64,000 nt of DNA from Escherichia coli (GTDB taxonomy: Bacteria > Pseudomonadota > Gammaproteobacteria > Enterobacterales > Enterobacteriaceae), in the NCBI RefSeq assembly GCF_030384885.1, contig NZ_CP128613.1, one strand, 5' to 3'. Position numbers and translations under genes: made by a program. Positions 1 to 16,051 of the stretch are shown piece after piece. Below the pieces are notes generated by a model. The model did not search any database and was not told the DNA's origin. It was given only the letters and a program-made list of their open reading frames with translations. How positions within the stretch are numbered: position 1 is the stretch's first letter; each line of letters begins with the position of its first letter.

Positions 1-534
1 GCGATTGTCTGCGCGGGAACATGGGTAAAAGATCTGCTCCCGGAACTGCCTGTCCAGCCCGTACGCAAAGTATTTGCCTGGTATCAGGCCGATGGTCGCT
101 ATAGCGTGAAGAATAAATTCCCGGCGTTTACCGGTGAACTGCCCAATGGCGATCAATATTATGGTTTTCCGGCAGAAAACGACGCGTTGAAGATTGGCAA
201 ACATAACGGAGGCCAGGTTATCCATTCAGCGGATGAACGTGTTCCGTTTGCGGAAGTGGCCAGTGATGGGTCAGAAGCCTTCCCGTTCTTGCGCAATGTA
301 TTGCCGGGTATCGGTTGCTGCCTGTACGGCGCTGCCTGCACCTATGATAATTCGCCTGACGAAGATTTTATTATCGATACTCTACCCGGCCACGATAATA
401 CACTGCTCATTACCGGCCTGAGCGGGCACGGTTTTAAATTTGCGTCAGTTTTAGGGGAAATAGCTGCCGATTTTGCGCAAGACAAAAAAAGCGATTTTGA
501 TTTGACGCCATTCAGGCTTTCCCGCTTCCAATAA
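1..534 (+). CDS. solA: N-methyl-L-tryptophan oxidase, C-terminal part (5' end lies outside the window)
   Basis: Frame 1 is open from position 1; the translation [23 protein letters not shown]...FRLSRFQ matches the SolA C-terminus as I recall it; stop at 532-534. Confidence 0.9.
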
Positions 535-554
535 TCATCATTACGGCCTCCAGA

Positions 555-695
555 ATGAGGCCGTTTTTACAGGAGTATTTAATGCGTCGGCTGTTGCACT
601 ATCTCATCAATAATATTCGCGAGCATCTGATGCTTTATCTTTTTCTCTGGGGACTGTTGGCAATTATGGACCTGATCTACGTGTTTTATTTTTAG
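555..695 (+). CDS. yceO: Small membrane protein YceO (46 aa)
   Basis: ATG at 555, translation [46 protein letters not shown], stop 693-695. Not in the ORF track because it is below the size cutoff; position between solA and yceJ fits. Confidence 0.6.
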
Positions 696-956
696 TTTTT
701 CCGCACTGACATAAACTGACAAATATTTAATCTCCCTTTCATTTAGCGTGAAAAATTGAATGAGATTCTTCCTGCCTCTACAGCACTCACCAGACCTTCC
801 AGATGCTGAACCCACTAAACTTATGAAGATTCTTTCATTATTAATTCAAAATTATTGAAATAAAAATAAATATCATTCAATTTGTTATTTTTGTGTTGCA
901 ATTCATTCTCCGACACGCCATTTTCTTTCTCTCGCAAATTCGTTTTGGATGCACTT

Positions 957-1523
957 ATGTCATTCACAAATACCCCTGAACGCTATGGTGTTATATCTGC
1001 GGCCTTCCATTGGCTAAGCGCAATTATTGTCTATGGCATGTTTGCTTTAGGTCTGTGGATGGTCACGCTCAGTTATTACGATGGCTGGTATCACCAGGCA
1101 CCGGAACTGCATAAAAGCATCGGCATTTTGTTAATGATGGGGCTGGTTATTCGCGTTCTGTGGCGTGTCATATCTCCACCGCCGGGTCCGCTGCCGAGTT
1201 ATTCGCCCATGACTCGTCTTGCAGCAAAAGCTGGACATCTCGCATTGTACCTATTGCTGTTCACCATCGGCATCAGCGGCTATCTGATCTCAACTGCCGA
1301 TGGTAAACCGATCAGCGTTTTTGGCTGGTTTGACGTCCCCGCGACCCTCGCCGACGCTGGCGCACAGGCTGACTTTGCCGGTGCCGTGCATTTTTGGCTC
1401 GCGTGGAGCGTCGTAGTACTGTCCGTTATGCACGGATTTATGGCCCTGAAGCATCATTTCATCGATAAAGACGACACTCTGAAGCGCATGCTGGGAAAGT
1501 CGTCATCTGACTATGGAGTATAA
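957..1523 (+). CDS. yceJ: Cytochrome b561 family protein (188 aa)
   Basis: ORF 882-1523; internal start MSFTNTPERYGV gives the 188 aa expected for YceJ; hydrophobic membrane-protein composition. Confidence 0.85.
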   Translation: MSFTNTPERYGVISAAFHWLSAIIVYGMFALGLWMVTLSYYDGWYHQAPELHKSIGILLMMGLVIRVLWRVISPPPGPLPSYSPMTRLAAKAGHLALYLLLFTIGISGYLISTADGKPISVFGWFDVPATLADAGAQADFAGAVHFWLAWSVVVLSVMHGFMALKHHFIDKDDTLKRMLGKSSSDYGV

Positions 1524-1526
1524 AAA

Positions 1527-2102
1527 ATGAAAAAAAGCCTGCTTGGTTTAACCTTCGCTTCCATGATGTTCTCTGCGGGTTCAGCGGTTGCCGCCGATTA
1601 CAAAATTGACAAAGAAGGTCAGCACGCCTTTGTTAATTTCCGCATCCAGCACCTTGGCTACAGCTGGTTATATGGCACCTTTAAAGATTTCGACGGTACT
1701 TTTACCTTTGATGAAAAAAATCCCGCTGCCGATAAAGTGAATGTGACAATTAACACCACCAGCGTCGATACTAATCACGCCGAACGCGATAAACATCTTC
1801 GCAGTGCGGATTTCCTCAATACCGCAAAATATCCACAGGCAACATTCACCTCCACTAGCGTAAAGAAAGACGGTGATGAGCTGGATATTACCGGCGATCT
1901 GACGCTGAACGGGGTCACCAAACCCGTCACGCTGGAAGCGAAATTAATTGGTCAGGGCGACGACCCGTGGGGCGGTAAACGTGCAGGCTTTGAGGCCGAA
2001 GGCAAAATTAAGCTCAAAGACTTCAATATCAAGACAGATTTAGGTCCAGCTTCTCAGGAAGTGGATCTGATTATTTCAGTGGAAGGCGTACAGCAGAAGT
2101 AA
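1527..2102 (+). CDS. yceI: Periplasmic polyisoprenoid-binding protein YceI (191 aa)
   Basis: ORF with N-terminal signal peptide [22 protein letters not shown]; immediately downstream of yceJ, operon-like. Confidence 0.9.
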   Translation: MKKSLLGLTFASMMFSAGSAVAADYKIDKEGQHAFVNFRIQHLGYSWLYGTFKDFDGTFTFDEKNPAADKVNVTINTTSVDTNHAERDKHLRSADFLNTAKYPQATFTSTSVKKDGDELDITGDLTLNGVTKPVTLEAKLIGQGDDPWGGKRAGFEAEGKIKLKDFNIKTDLGPASQEVDLIISVEGVQQK

Positions 2103-2112
2103 GCGTGAAATG

Positions 2113-2137
2113 TTGCCGGATGACACGCATCCGGCAA
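2113..2137. terminator. Hairpin between the convergent genes yceI and trhO
   Basis: Inverted repeat ttgccggatg / catccggcaa with 5-nt loop, seen directly in the sequence. Confidence 0.5.
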
Positions 2138-2143
2138 TGATAT

Positions 2144-3196
2144 TTATTCTGTTGGATCAGGAATGCCCAGTGTTGTATTCAGACGTCCACGAGACTTATT
2201 AAAGATCTTATTGCCATTTTCACGTCCTGCCCGACGGCGTCGCTGTTCTTCTGGCGGTAACGCGCTTTCTTCGCAGCAAATCTCACTGCAACAACCTTTG
2301 TATTTTTCTGCACATACTGGACACTGAATAAACAGCAGGTGGCAGCCATCATTTTTACAGTTGGTATGGCTATCGCACGGCGCACCGCACTGGTGGCAAT
2401 GCGCGATAATCTCATCAGAGATACGTTCGCCCATCCGCTCGTCAAACACAAAATTTTTGCCAATAAAACGCACCGGTAAGCCCTGCTCGCGCGCCTTACG
2501 GGCGTATTCAATAATTCCGCCTTCGATATGCCAGACTTTATTGAATCCGTTATGTTTCATCCAGGCACTGGCCTTTTCACAACGAATGCCGCCGGTGCAG
2601 TACATAACGATTTTTTTATCTTTATGTTCCTGCATCATCTCGACTGCTTTTGGCAGCTGCTCACGGAAGGTATCTGCCGGAATTTCCAGCGCGTTTTCAA
2701 AGTGCCCCACTTCATACTCATAGTGGTTACGCATGTCGATAAACAATGCATCGGGATCGTCAAGCATGGCGTTCACTTCTGCCGCTTGCAGATACTCACC
2801 AACATTGCTGGCATCAAAGTGAGGATCGTCAATACCGTCGGCTACGATGCGATCGCGCACCTTCATGCGCAGTACCCAGAAGGATTTCCCGTCATCATCC
2901 AACGCGATATTCAGGCGTAAGCCATCTAAAGCTGGGTCGAAGCCGTATAGCTGTGCGCGAAATGTTTCAACATTGCTCGCAGGTACACTGATTTGCGCGT
3001 TAATCCCCTCATGCGCCAGATACACTCGCCCAAAAATATTCAGCGCAGTAAACAGCTGATATAAAGCGTCACGGGTCGCTTTCGGATCGGCGATGTGGAA
3101 ATACTTATAAAACGAAATGGTGGTGCGCGGTTCGCGCTCAGCCAACATTTTGGCTTTCAGCGCGTCGTTGGAAATGCGGTTGTGTAACACTGGCAT
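2144..3196 (-). CDS. trhO: tRNA uridine(34) hydroxylase, rhodanese-domain protein (350 aa)
   Basis: ORF 2144-3250; start at [16 protein letters not shown] gives 350 aa; rhodanese-like [10 protein letters not shown] motif and a C-terminal Cys-rich region. Confidence 0.85.
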   Translation of the reverse strand: MPVLHNRISNDALKAKMLAEREPRTTISFYKYFHIADPKATRDALYQLFTALNIFGRVYLAHEGINAQISVPASNVETFRAQLYGFDPALDGLRLNIALDDDGKSFWVLRMKVRDRIVADGIDDPHFDASNVGEYLQAAEVNAMLDDPDALFIDMRNHYEYEVGHFENALEIPADTFREQLPKAVEMMQEHKDKKIVMYCTGGIRCEKASAWMKHNGFNKVWHIEGGIIEYARKAREQGLPVRFIGKNFVFDERMGERISDEIIAHCHQCGAPCDSHTNCKNDGCHLLFIQCPVCAEKYKGCCSEICCEESALPPEEQRRRRAGRENGNKIFNKSRGRLNTTLGIPDPTE

Positions 3197-3420
3197 GGTG
3201 TACGGTTCCTGCGAGATGGGAAAGTAAAAATCCGCGGCATGATATAGCAATTATCGATAATTAACATCCACACATTTTACGCTACATTTGCGCATTAAAA
3301 ATTATTTATTATTTACAAGCGCGGTAATTTCGCCCAGTCTTCAGCCACAAATTTTGGTTGCGGGCGAAAAAATGCGACAATACATACAATTGCCCGAATA
3401 GGTTGAAAAACAGGATTGAT

Positions 3421-4341
3421 ATGACGAATCTACCCAAGTTCTCCACCGCACTGCTTCATCCGCGTTATTGGTTAACCTGGTTGGGTATTGGCGTACTTTG
3501 GTTAGTCGTGCAATTGCCCTACCCGGTTATCTACCGCCTCGGTTGTGGATTAGGAAAACTGGCGTTACGTTTTATGAAACGACGCGCAAAAATTGTGCAT
3601 CGCAACCTGGAACTGTGCTTCCCGGAAATGAGCGAACAAGAACGCCGTGAAATGGTGGTGAAGAATTTCGAATCTGTTGGTATGGGGCTGATGGAAACCG
3701 GCATGGCGTGGTTCTGGCCAGACCGCCGGATCGCCCGCTGGACGGAAGTGATCGGCATGGAACACATTCGTGACGTGCAGGCGCAACAACGCGGCATCCT
3801 GTTAGTTGGCATCCATTTTCTGACTCTGGAGCTGGGTGCGCGGCAATTTGGTATGCAGGAACCCGGGATTGGCGTTTACCGCCCGAACGATAACCCACTG
3901 ATTGACTGGCTACAAACCTGGGGCCGTTTGCGCTCAAATAAATCAATGCTCGATCGCAAAGATTTAAAAGGCATGATTAAAGCCCTGAAAAAAGGCGAAG
4001 TGGTCTGGTACGCACCGGATCATGATTACGGCCCGCGCTCAAGCGTTTTCGTCCCGTTGTTTGCCGTTGAGCAGGCTGCGACCACAACCGGAACCTGGAT
4101 GCTGGCACGGATGTCCGGCGCATGTCTGGTGCCCTTCGTTCCACGCCGTAAGCCAGATGGCAAAGGGTATCAGTTGATTATGCTACCGCCAGAGTGTTCT
4201 CCGCCGCTGGATGATGCCGAAACCACCGCCGCATGGATGAACAAAGTGGTCGAAAAATGCATCATGATGGCACCAGAGCAGTATATGTGGTTGCACCGTC
4301 GCTTTAAAACACGTCCGGAAGGCGTTCCTTCACGCTATTAA
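3421..4341 (+). CDS. lpxL: Lipid A biosynthesis lauroyl acyltransferase (306 aa)
   Basis: ORF 3358-4341; start at [17 protein letters not shown] gives 306 aa; matches LpxL/HtrB as I recall it. Confidence 0.9.
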   Translation: MTNLPKFSTALLHPRYWLTWLGIGVLWLVVQLPYPVIYRLGCGLGKLALRFMKRRAKIVHRNLELCFPEMSEQERREMVVKNFESVGMGLMETGMAWFWPDRRIARWTEVIGMEHIRDVQAQQRGILLVGIHFLTLELGARQFGMQEPGIGVYRPNDNPLIDWLQTWGRLRSNKSMLDRKDLKGMIKALKKGEVVWYAPDHDYGPRSSVFVPLFAVEQAATTTGTWMLARMSGACLVPFVPRRKPDGKGYQLIMLPPECSPPLDDAETTAAWMNKVVEKCIMMAPEQYMWLHRRFKTRPEGVPSRY

Positions 4342-4348
4342 ATCTCCC

Positions 4349-4379
4349 ATGCCGGATGCTTGAGAATGGCATCCGGCAT
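4349..4379. terminator. Palindromic hairpin downstream of lpxL (REP-like or terminator)
   Basis: atgccggatgc ... gcatccggcat inverted repeat; no clear T-run, hence low confidence. Confidence 0.35.
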
Positions 4380-4513
4380 TACCACAGCAAATCCCCCCTG
4401 ATTTAGCGATAAAAGCTCTCTGGATTGCGCCCCCTGGAAGTCGGGCGCATAATTAGTGTGCTTATCTTTTCTTCTTATGTTCACCGCGCCTGGCGCACCA
4501 ACAGCGGATTGCT

Positions 4514-5740
4514 ATGTCACCCTGTGAAAATGACACCCCTATAAACTGGAAACGAAACCTGATCGTCGCCTGGCTAGGCTGTTTTCTTACCGGTGCCGCC
4601 TTCAGCCTGGTAATGCCCTTCTTACCCCTCTACGTTGAGCAGCTTGGCGTTACGGGCCACTCCGCCTTGAATATGTGGTCCGGTATTGTCTTCAGCATTA
4701 CATTTTTATTTTCGGCCATCGCCTCACCGTTTTGGGGTGGACTCGCCGACCGTAAAGGCCGAAAACTCATGCTATTACGCTCTGCCCTCGGCATGGGCAT
4801 CGTGATGGTGTTGATGGGGCTGGCACAAAATATCTGGCAGTTTTTGATCCTGCGGGCGCTGCTTGGTTTGCTTGGCGGATTTGTTCCCAACGCTAACGCA
4901 CTGATCGCCACACAAGTACCGCGTAATAAAAGCGGCTGGGCGCTGGGTACGCTCTCCACAGGCGGCGTTAGCGGCGCGTTGCTCGGCCCAATGGCTGGTG
5001 GTTTGCTTGCCGATAGCTACGGCTTACGTCCGGTATTCTTTATTACCGCCAGTGTGCTGATACTTTGCTTTTTCGTCACCCTGTTTTGCATCCGAGAAAA
5101 ATTCCAGCCAGTCAGCAAAAAAGAGATGCTGCATATGCGGGAAGTGGTGACATCACTTAAAAACCCGAAACTGGTACTCAGCCTGTTTGTCACCACGTTA
5201 ATCATCCAGGTGGCGACGGGCTCAATTGCCCCCATTCTGACGCTGTATGTCCGCGAACTGGCGGGTAACGTCAGTAACGTCGCCTTTATCAGTGGCATGA
5301 TCGCCTCGGTGCCAGGCGTGGCTGCTCTGCTGAGTGCACCACGACTCGGCAAACTTGGCGATCGAATCGGCCCCGAAAAGATCCTGATTACGGCGCTGAT
5401 CTTTTCTGTACTGCTGTTGATCCCAATGTCTTATGTTCAGACGCCATTGCAACTTGGGATTTTACGTTTTTTGCTCGGTGCCGCGGATGGTGCATTACTC
5501 CCCGCCGTACAGACACTGTTAGTTTACAACTCGAGCAACCAAATCGCCGGGCGTATCTTCAGCTATAACCAATCGTTTCGTGATATTGGCAACGTTACCG
5601 GACCATTGATGGGAGCAGCGATTTCAGCGAACTACGGTTTCAGAGCGGTATTCCTCGTCACCGCTGGCGTAGTGTTATTCAACGCAGTCTATTCATGGAA
5701 CAGTCTGCGCCGTCGTCGGATACCCCAGGTATCGAACTGA
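4514..5740 (+). CDS. mdtG: MFS multidrug efflux transporter MdtG (408 aa)
   Basis: 408-aa ORF with MFS-type hydrophobic repeats; synteny with lpxL and msyB. Confidence 0.9.
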
Positions 5741-5822
5741 TTTTTCGCCTTTCATACTTGCAAAAGCGGAGAATCAGCTATCCTTTTCCCTGAAACCTCA
5801 TCAACTCAAAGGGAGAATCGTG

Positions 5823-6197
5823 ATGACCATGTACGCAACGCTTGAAGAAGCCATTGATGCTGCACGCGAAGAATTTCTTGCAGACAACCCCGGCATCGAC
5901 GCCGAAGACGCGAATGTGCAACAGTTCAATGCCCAAAAATACGTTTTGCAGGACGGCGACATCATGTGGCAAGTTGAGTTTTTTGCCGACGAAGGGGAAG
6001 AAGGTGAATGTTTACCCATGCTTAGCGGTGAAGCCGCGCAAAGTGTCTTTGACGGCGACTATGATGAGATAGAGATCCGCCAGGAGTGGCAGGAAGAGAA
6101 TACATTACATGAATGGGACGAGGGGGAATTTCAGCTTGAGCCACCGCTGGATACGGAAGAAGGACGGGCAGCGGCTGATGAGTGGGATGAACGCTAA
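5823..6197 (+). CDS. msyB: Acidic protein MsyB (124 aa)
   Basis: Highly acidic translation MTMYATLEEAIDAAREEF...; ATG at 5823 preceded by an in-frame GTG at 5820. Confidence 0.85.
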   Translation: MTMYATLEEAIDAAREEFLADNPGIDAEDANVQQFNAQKYVLQDGDIMWQVEFFADEGEEGECLPMLSGEAAQSVFDGDYDEIEIRQEWQEENTLHEWDEGEFQLEPPLDTEEGRAAADEWDER

Positions 6198-6425
6198 TTA
6201 CTCATACGGGCCATGATGAATGTCGATCGGCAGCAGTAAAGTATCGAAAACAAGGGAGAATGGCAGATCAAGGATCGTGACGTAACGCCAGGCGGAGTCA
6301 CGCACGTCCCATTGCACACCAGGATAATATTGGTTGCCATGCCCCTGCCCCGGTATAGTGCGACTAATAATACTGCCGCAGCCACTCAACAAGGTCACCA
6401 TAATACTGACCATGATGAAACGCAT
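6198..6425 (-). CDS. yceK: Outer-membrane lipoprotein YceK (75 aa)
   Basis: 75-aa ORF with lipobox LLSGC near the N-terminus; convergent with msyB, stop codons abutting. Confidence 0.8.
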   Translation of the reverse strand: MRFIMVSIMVTLLSGCGSIISRTIPGQGHGNQYYPGVQWDVRDSAWRYVTILDLPFSLVFDTLLLPIDIHHGPYE

Positions 6426-6442
6426 TTGATACCTCTCCCGTA

Positions 6443-6475
6443 AAAAAATACCGGCATAACGCCGGTATTTTTATT
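6443..6475 (-). terminator. Rho-independent terminator downstream of opgH
   Basis: GC stem taccggc / gccggta flanked by A-run and T-run (aaaaaataccggcataacgccggtattttt). Confidence 0.6.
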
Positions 6476-6487
6476 GGCTCGTTGTTT

Positions 6488-6590
6488 TTGCCGGATGCAG
6501 CGTGAACGCCTTGTCCGACCTACAAAATATTGCAAAATCAATACATCGTAGAACGTTGTAGGCCTGATAAGCGTAGCGCATCAGGCCACT
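6488..6590. repeat. REP (repetitive extragenic palindromic) elements
   Basis: gccggatgcagcg...cgacctac and gtaggcctgataagcgtagcgcatcaggcc, typical REP consensus. Confidence 0.6.
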
Positions 6591-6595
6591 ACGTT

Positions 6596-10778
<4,183 letters not shown>

Positions 10779-11060
10779 TCAGCACGCTGGCTCATGGATT
10801 AAGCACCTGATTGCAACCGTTTTCACTTTCCGTGCTTCTCCTAAAGACAGAAGCATCGACTTCGTGTAGGGTTTGCCAGCAAATTTATTTATCAACCGTC
10901 TTACAGACGCTTCCATTCTGGTTAGTGGTAGCGATGATGCTATGCATAAAAACCTTGAAGCCTGCGTCTGGCGCGGTCAGGTCGGTGTCGCTATGGCAAC
11001 AAGCCTAAAGGCATAACCCGACAGGGATAAGACGAAAAATCCGAGATTAGTTAACCATAT

Positions 11061-12218
11061 ATGAATCCAGTACCCGCGCAACGTGAATATTTCCTCGACT
11101 CCATCCGCGCCTGGCTGATGTTGTTAGGGATCCCTTTTCATATTTCTTTAATCTATTCGAGCCATACATGGCATGTGAATAGCGCCGAACCGTCATTGTG
11201 GCTGACCCTTTTTAATGACTTCATCCACTCGTTCCGCATGCAGGTATTTTTCGTTATATCCGGGTACTTTTCTTACATGCTTTTTTTACGCTATCCCCTG
11301 AAAAAATGGTGGAAAGTACGTGTCGAACGTGTAGGGATCCCGATGTTAACAGCCATCCCCCTACTGACATTGCCGCAATTTATTATGCTGCAATACGTCA
11401 AAGGGAAAGCGGAAAGTTGGCCTGAGCTGTCATTGTATGACAAATATAATACGTTGGCCTGGGAATTAATATCACACCTGTGGTTTTTACTGGTGTTAGT
11501 GGTCATGACGACGCTGTGCGTATGGATATTTAAACGCATCAGAAATAATTTAGAAAATTCTGATAAAACGAATAAAAAATTCTCGATGGTAAAATTATCG
11601 GTGATTTTTTTGTGCCTCGGCATCGGTTATGCGGTAATAAGAAGAACGATTTTTATTGTGTATCCACCCATTCTGAGTAACGGCATGTTCAATTTTATTG
11701 TCATGCAAACGTTATTTTATTTGCCGTTCTTTATCCTCGGCGCACTGGCTTTCATTTTCCCTCATCTTAAAGCCTTGTTTACCACGCCGTCTCGTGGCTG
11801 TACCCTTGCAGCAGCATTGGCGTTTGTCGCTTATTTACTCAACCAGCGCTATGGCAGTGGCGATGCCTGGATGTACGAAACCGAGTCGGTGATTACCATG
11901 GTCCTCGGTCTGTGGATGGTGAATGTGGTCTTCTCCTTCGGCCACCGTTTGCTTAACTTCCAGTCAGCGCGGGTGACTTACTTTGTTAACGCATCGCTAT
12001 TTATCTATCTGGTTCACCACCCGTTAACGCTGTTTTTCGGCGCGTACATTACACCGCACATCACCTCCAACTGGCTTGGTTTTCTCTGTGGCCTGATATT
12101 CGTAGTAGGGATTGCGATAATTCTGTATGAAATTCATTTACGCATCCCGTTACTGAAGTTTTTGTTCTCTGGTAAACCGGTTGTTAAGCGTGAGAACGAT
12201 AAAGCACCAGCCCGTTAA
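11061..12218 (+). CDS. opgC: Glucans biosynthesis (OPG succinyl) acyltransferase OpgC (385 aa)
   Basis: 385-aa polytopic membrane ORF, divergent from opgGH. Confidence 0.85.
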   Translation: MNPVPAQREYFLDSIRAWLMLLGIPFHISLIYSSHTWHVNSAEPSLWLTLFNDFIHSFRMQVFFVISGYFSYMLFLRYPLKKWWKVRVERVGIPMLTAIPLLTLPQFIMLQYVKGKAESWPELSLYDKYNTLAWELISHLWFLLVLVVMTTLCVWIFKRIRNNLENSDKTNKKFSMVKLSVIFLCLGIGYAVIRRTIFIVYPPILSNGMFNFIVMQTLFYLPFFILGALAFIFPHLKALFTTPSRGCTLAAALAFVAYLLNQRYGSGDAWMYETESVITMVLGLWMVNVVFSFGHRLLNFQSARVTYFVNASLFIYLVHHPLTLFFGAYITPHITSNWLGFLCGLIFVVGIAIILYEIHLRIPLLKFLFSGKPVVKRENDKAPAR

Positions 12219-12225
12219 GCCGCGT

Positions 12226-13647
12226 TTACAATAACCATTCCACAGGCAATATCGACGCCAGTCTGACCATAACCCGCTTCCAGAAACTGGTAGCGGGTTC
12301 TTTTTTGAGAACAATTTCTTTCTTTGCATGACGATCAACCCAGTTGATCCGCCCCCACCTGTCCAGACGGAGCTGCCAGGCCGCATCATACTGGCTCTGA
12401 ATAAAGCGTTTATCAATTAACTGTGCCAGCGTTTCGCTCTCTATCACGAACCCCATTTCAGTATTGAGCAATGTCGAACGTGGATCGAAATTGAAAGAGC
12501 CAATAAACACCGTTTTACCATCGATGCTAAAGGTTTTAGCATGCAGGCTGGCACCGGAATTACCGGTTATGCCGCGATCGTGTAACGTACTACTTTGTTC
12601 ACGCGTCGGCTTGAGTTCATATAATTCCACGCCGTAGCGGAGCAATTTTTTGCGCCAGCGCGCGTATCCGGCATGGACGACAGCAACATCGTTAGCGGCA
12701 AGAGAATTGGTTAGGATCGCAATCTTTACCCCTTTTCTCACCATCCGTAAGAGTTGCGCCACACCTGCGCGTGTCGGTACAAAATAGGAAGAGATAATAT
12801 CGATGCGTTCACTGGGTGAGCCCATGATATCGAACAGGCGTTGCGGTAACAGTGAATGCCGTTTTGCCTTGCCTTCCCCTTTCGCCGGATCATCACTTAA
12901 TAAACGTGTTTTCGCCCAGATAAGCGGCAACGTTCCATCAACCAGATGATTTATAAACGGGCTGGATTCCATTTTGCGTAAATAACGATGCGTCATGGCA
13001 TCGTCATGCCAGGAGGCGGGTAACTCGATGCGATCCGCCATTTCACCTTCCGGGACATCCAGCACCTGCTGTAAGGGTGAAACCGATTTACAATACCAGT
13101 AGCGGGCGAAATCATCGGCAACGTCCTCTACAACTGGTCCTATTGCCATGACATCTAAATCCGAAAAAAGTGGCTCTTCCCCTGCACCAAAATAGGCATC
13201 ACCAATATTTCGTCCCCCTACCAGCGTCACCACGCCATCGACAGTGAAACTTTTATTGTGCATACGGCGATTGAGACGGGAAAAGTCGGTGATATAACCA
13301 AGCGGACGTAGCAAGCGAAACGAGAAAGGATTAAAAAGCCGGACTTCAATGCGGGGATGACTGTCAAGCAAGCGTAAAATGTCGTCAAGTCCGGGTGTAT
13401 TGTTGTCGTCCAGCAACAAACGGACGCGAACGCCACGCTTTGCTGCGGCTAACAGGGCGGAAAACAGTAACCGACCCGACATATCGTCCTGCCAGATGTA
13501 ATACTGAACATCCAGCGTATGCTCTGCCATTTCGGCCAGACGATACCGGGCGGCAAACGCATCCAGACTTTTCTCCAGAGGGAAAAGGCCACACTGACCG
13601 GGATGTTGCGAACACAGTGGCAGCACCGCGCTCGCCAGCCGGGGCAA
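12226..13647 (-). CDS. clsC: Cardiolipin synthase C, phospholipase D family (473 aa)
   Basis: ORF 12226-13716; a TTG start at 13647 sits 9 nt after an AAGGAG Shine-Dalgarno and gives 473 aa; two HKD-type motifs (HNKSF..., HAKTF...) in the translation. Confidence 0.8.
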   Translation of the reverse strand: MPRLASAVLPLCSQHPGQCGLFPLEKSLDAFAARYRLAEMAEHTLDVQYYIWQDDMSGRLLFSALLAAAKRGVRVRLLLDDNNTPGLDDILRLLDSHPRIEVRLFNPFSFRLLRPLGYITDFSRLNRRMHNKSFTVDGVVTLVGGRNIGDAYFGAGEEPLFSDLDVMAIGPVVEDVADDFARYWYCKSVSPLQQVLDVPEGEMADRIELPASWHDDAMTHRYLRKMESSPFINHLVDGTLPLIWAKTRLLSDDPAKGEGKAKRHSLLPQRLFDIMGSPSERIDIISSYFVPTRAGVAQLLRMVRKGVKIAILTNSLAANDVAVVHAGYARWRKKLLRYGVELYELKPTREQSSTLHDRGITGNSGASLHAKTFSIDGKTVFIGSFNFDPRSTLLNTEMGFVIESETLAQLIDKRFIQSQYDAAWQLRLDRWGRINWVDRHAKKEIVLKKEPATSFWKRVMVRLASILPVEWLL

Positions 13648-13648
13648 A

Positions 13649-14182
13649 TCATTCATCTCCTTGTTGGGTAAGGAGTCTTTCGTAGAGGTGGGCGTTTTCT
13701 TCATCATAACAGACAAAGTATACCTGTTCGGGTAAAGCGTGACGGGTAATAAATTCTGAAACGGTTTTTACTGCGATTTCAGCCGCTGCCGCACGAGGGT
13801 AACCATAAACCCCAGTACTAATTGCAGGAAAAGCCACTGACGTATAGCTGTTTGCCGCCACCAGTCGTAGGCTATTGAGATAGGCATCCTGCAAAAGCTG
13901 GTCTTCGTTTTGTTCACCACCACGCCAGACTGGCCCGACGGTGTGCACTACGGCTTTCGCGGGAAGATCGCCTGCAAGCGTAATAACGGCATGCCCCGTA
14001 GGGCAATCGCCCTGCTGCTGCCTGACTTTTAAACAGGCATCCAGCAGGGCCGGACCCGCTGCGCGATGAATGGCCCCATCGACGCCGCCGCCTCCCATTA
14101 ATGACGGATTAGCCGCATTCACAATCACATCAACGGCCAGTTTGGTAATATCACCCTGCACAACATGAATACGCGTTTTCAT
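13649..14182 (-). CDS. ymdB: O-acetyl-ADP-ribose deacetylase, macro-domain protein (177 aa)
   Basis: 177-aa ORF with macro-domain motifs ([23 protein letters not shown]); directly upstream of clsC. Confidence 0.9.
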
Positions 14183-14276
14183 AACGCCTCCTTACACCTT
14201 CTTGTTTCTTAAGTGTACAGCAGGCTTTTTGGTTAAATCGCATTTTTCTGCTCAGCAAGGTGAGTTGTTCAGAAAC

Positions 14277-14656
<380 letters not shown>

Positions 14657-14657
14657 C

Positions 14658-15041
<384 letters not shown>

Positions 15042-15099
15042 ATTCTTCTCCCGAAAAAAAACAGGGCTTGCGCCCTGTTTCTTTAATACAGAGGATGTA

Positions 15100-15555
15100 T
15101 TAGTACTGATGAGCGGTCGCGTTGTTGCCAAAACCAACCTGAGTAACGTTTACGCTAGAGTTAGATGCAGTTTGATCAACTGCAGCACCGTTACCACCAC
15201 CAAACTGTTTAACAGTCATTTCAGAGTTTTTACCGTTCCACTGATCAAGAGTGGCACTGTTACCGAAGCCACGTTGGGTCAGATCGATTGAGCTGTCATC
15301 AGAGCCCTGACCAACATCTGCACCGTTACCGCCACCGTGCTGGGTAATCGTCAAGTCAGAGTTACGAGCATCAGTTTGCAGAGCAAGTGCAGAGTTACCA
15401 CCACCGTACTGGTAAATATTCAGCTCTGAATTTGGGCCGCTATTATTACCGCCACCGCCATGGTGACCACCACCGCCATACTGAGGAATAGAACCTGCCA
15501 GAGCGCTACCAGAGAATACGATTGCTGCAATTGCTGCTACTTTTAAAAGTTTCAT
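15100..15555 (-). CDS. csgA: Major curlin subunit CsgA (151 aa)
   Basis: Signal peptide followed by five imperfect S-x5-Q-x-G-x-G-N-x-A-x3-Q repeats (amyloid core). Confidence 0.95.
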   Translation of the reverse strand: MKLLKVAAIAAIVFSGSALAGSIPQYGGGGHHGGGGNNSGPNSELNIYQYGGGNSALALQTDARNSDLTITQHGGGNGADVGQGSDDSSIDLTQRGFGNSATLDQWNGKNSEMTVKQFGGGNGAAVDQTASNSSVNVTQVGFGNNATAHQY

Positions 15556-15595
15556 GTAAAACCCCCATCGGATTGATTTAAAAGTCGAATGGAAA

Positions 15596-16051
15596 TTAAC
15601 GTTGTGTCACGCGAATAGCCATTTGCGACTGTCTCTGCACTACAATTGCCGTTTTTTGAGTACCATACTGTGTAATATTTGCTTTATTACCAGAACCTTT
15701 CTGGATAATCATCGCAGTATTACCATAAGCACCTTGCGAAATACTGGCATCGTTGGCATTGCCCGCCTGATCAATATATGCAAGGTTATAATCTCCTGTC
15801 TGGTCAATCTTTGCCCGGTTGCTACTACCTTCTTGCGCAACAACCGCCAAAAGTTTTGAGCCTCCCTGCCGTAACTGAGCACTATTATTAGTCCCAGCTT
15901 GACCAATTATGGCTGCCTGATTAAATGAAGACTTACTCAATTCATTTACCGCGAAGTTATATTCTGAATTAGCTAAATCATAACCTGCTGCGGCTGCAAT
16001 CCCAGGCGCACCCAGTATTGTTAACATCATAAATAACAATTTGTTTTTCAT
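15596..16051 (-). CDS. csgB: Minor curlin nucleator subunit CsgB (151 aa)
   Basis: ORF 15596-16078; start at MKNKLLFMMLTILGAPGIAAA; curlin repeat units. Confidence 0.9.
   Translation of the reverse strand: MKNKLLFMMLTILGAPGIAAAAGYDLANSEYNFAVNELSKSSFNQAAIIGQAGTNNSAQLRQGGSKLLAVVAQEGSSNRAKIDQTGDYNLAYIDQAGNANDASISQGAYGNTAMIIQKGSGNKANITQYGTQKTAIVVQRQSQMAIRVTQR

Noticed and set aside
579-815. 78-aa minus-strand ORF between solA and yceJ
   Set aside because: Antisense to and overlapping the yceO frame; no independent support; the plus-strand YceO translation matches a known small protein.
10811-11008. 65-aa ORF in the opgG-opgC divergent intergenic region
   Set aside because: Lies in a promoter region, has no RBS I could identify, and has low-complexity composition; most likely a chance frame.
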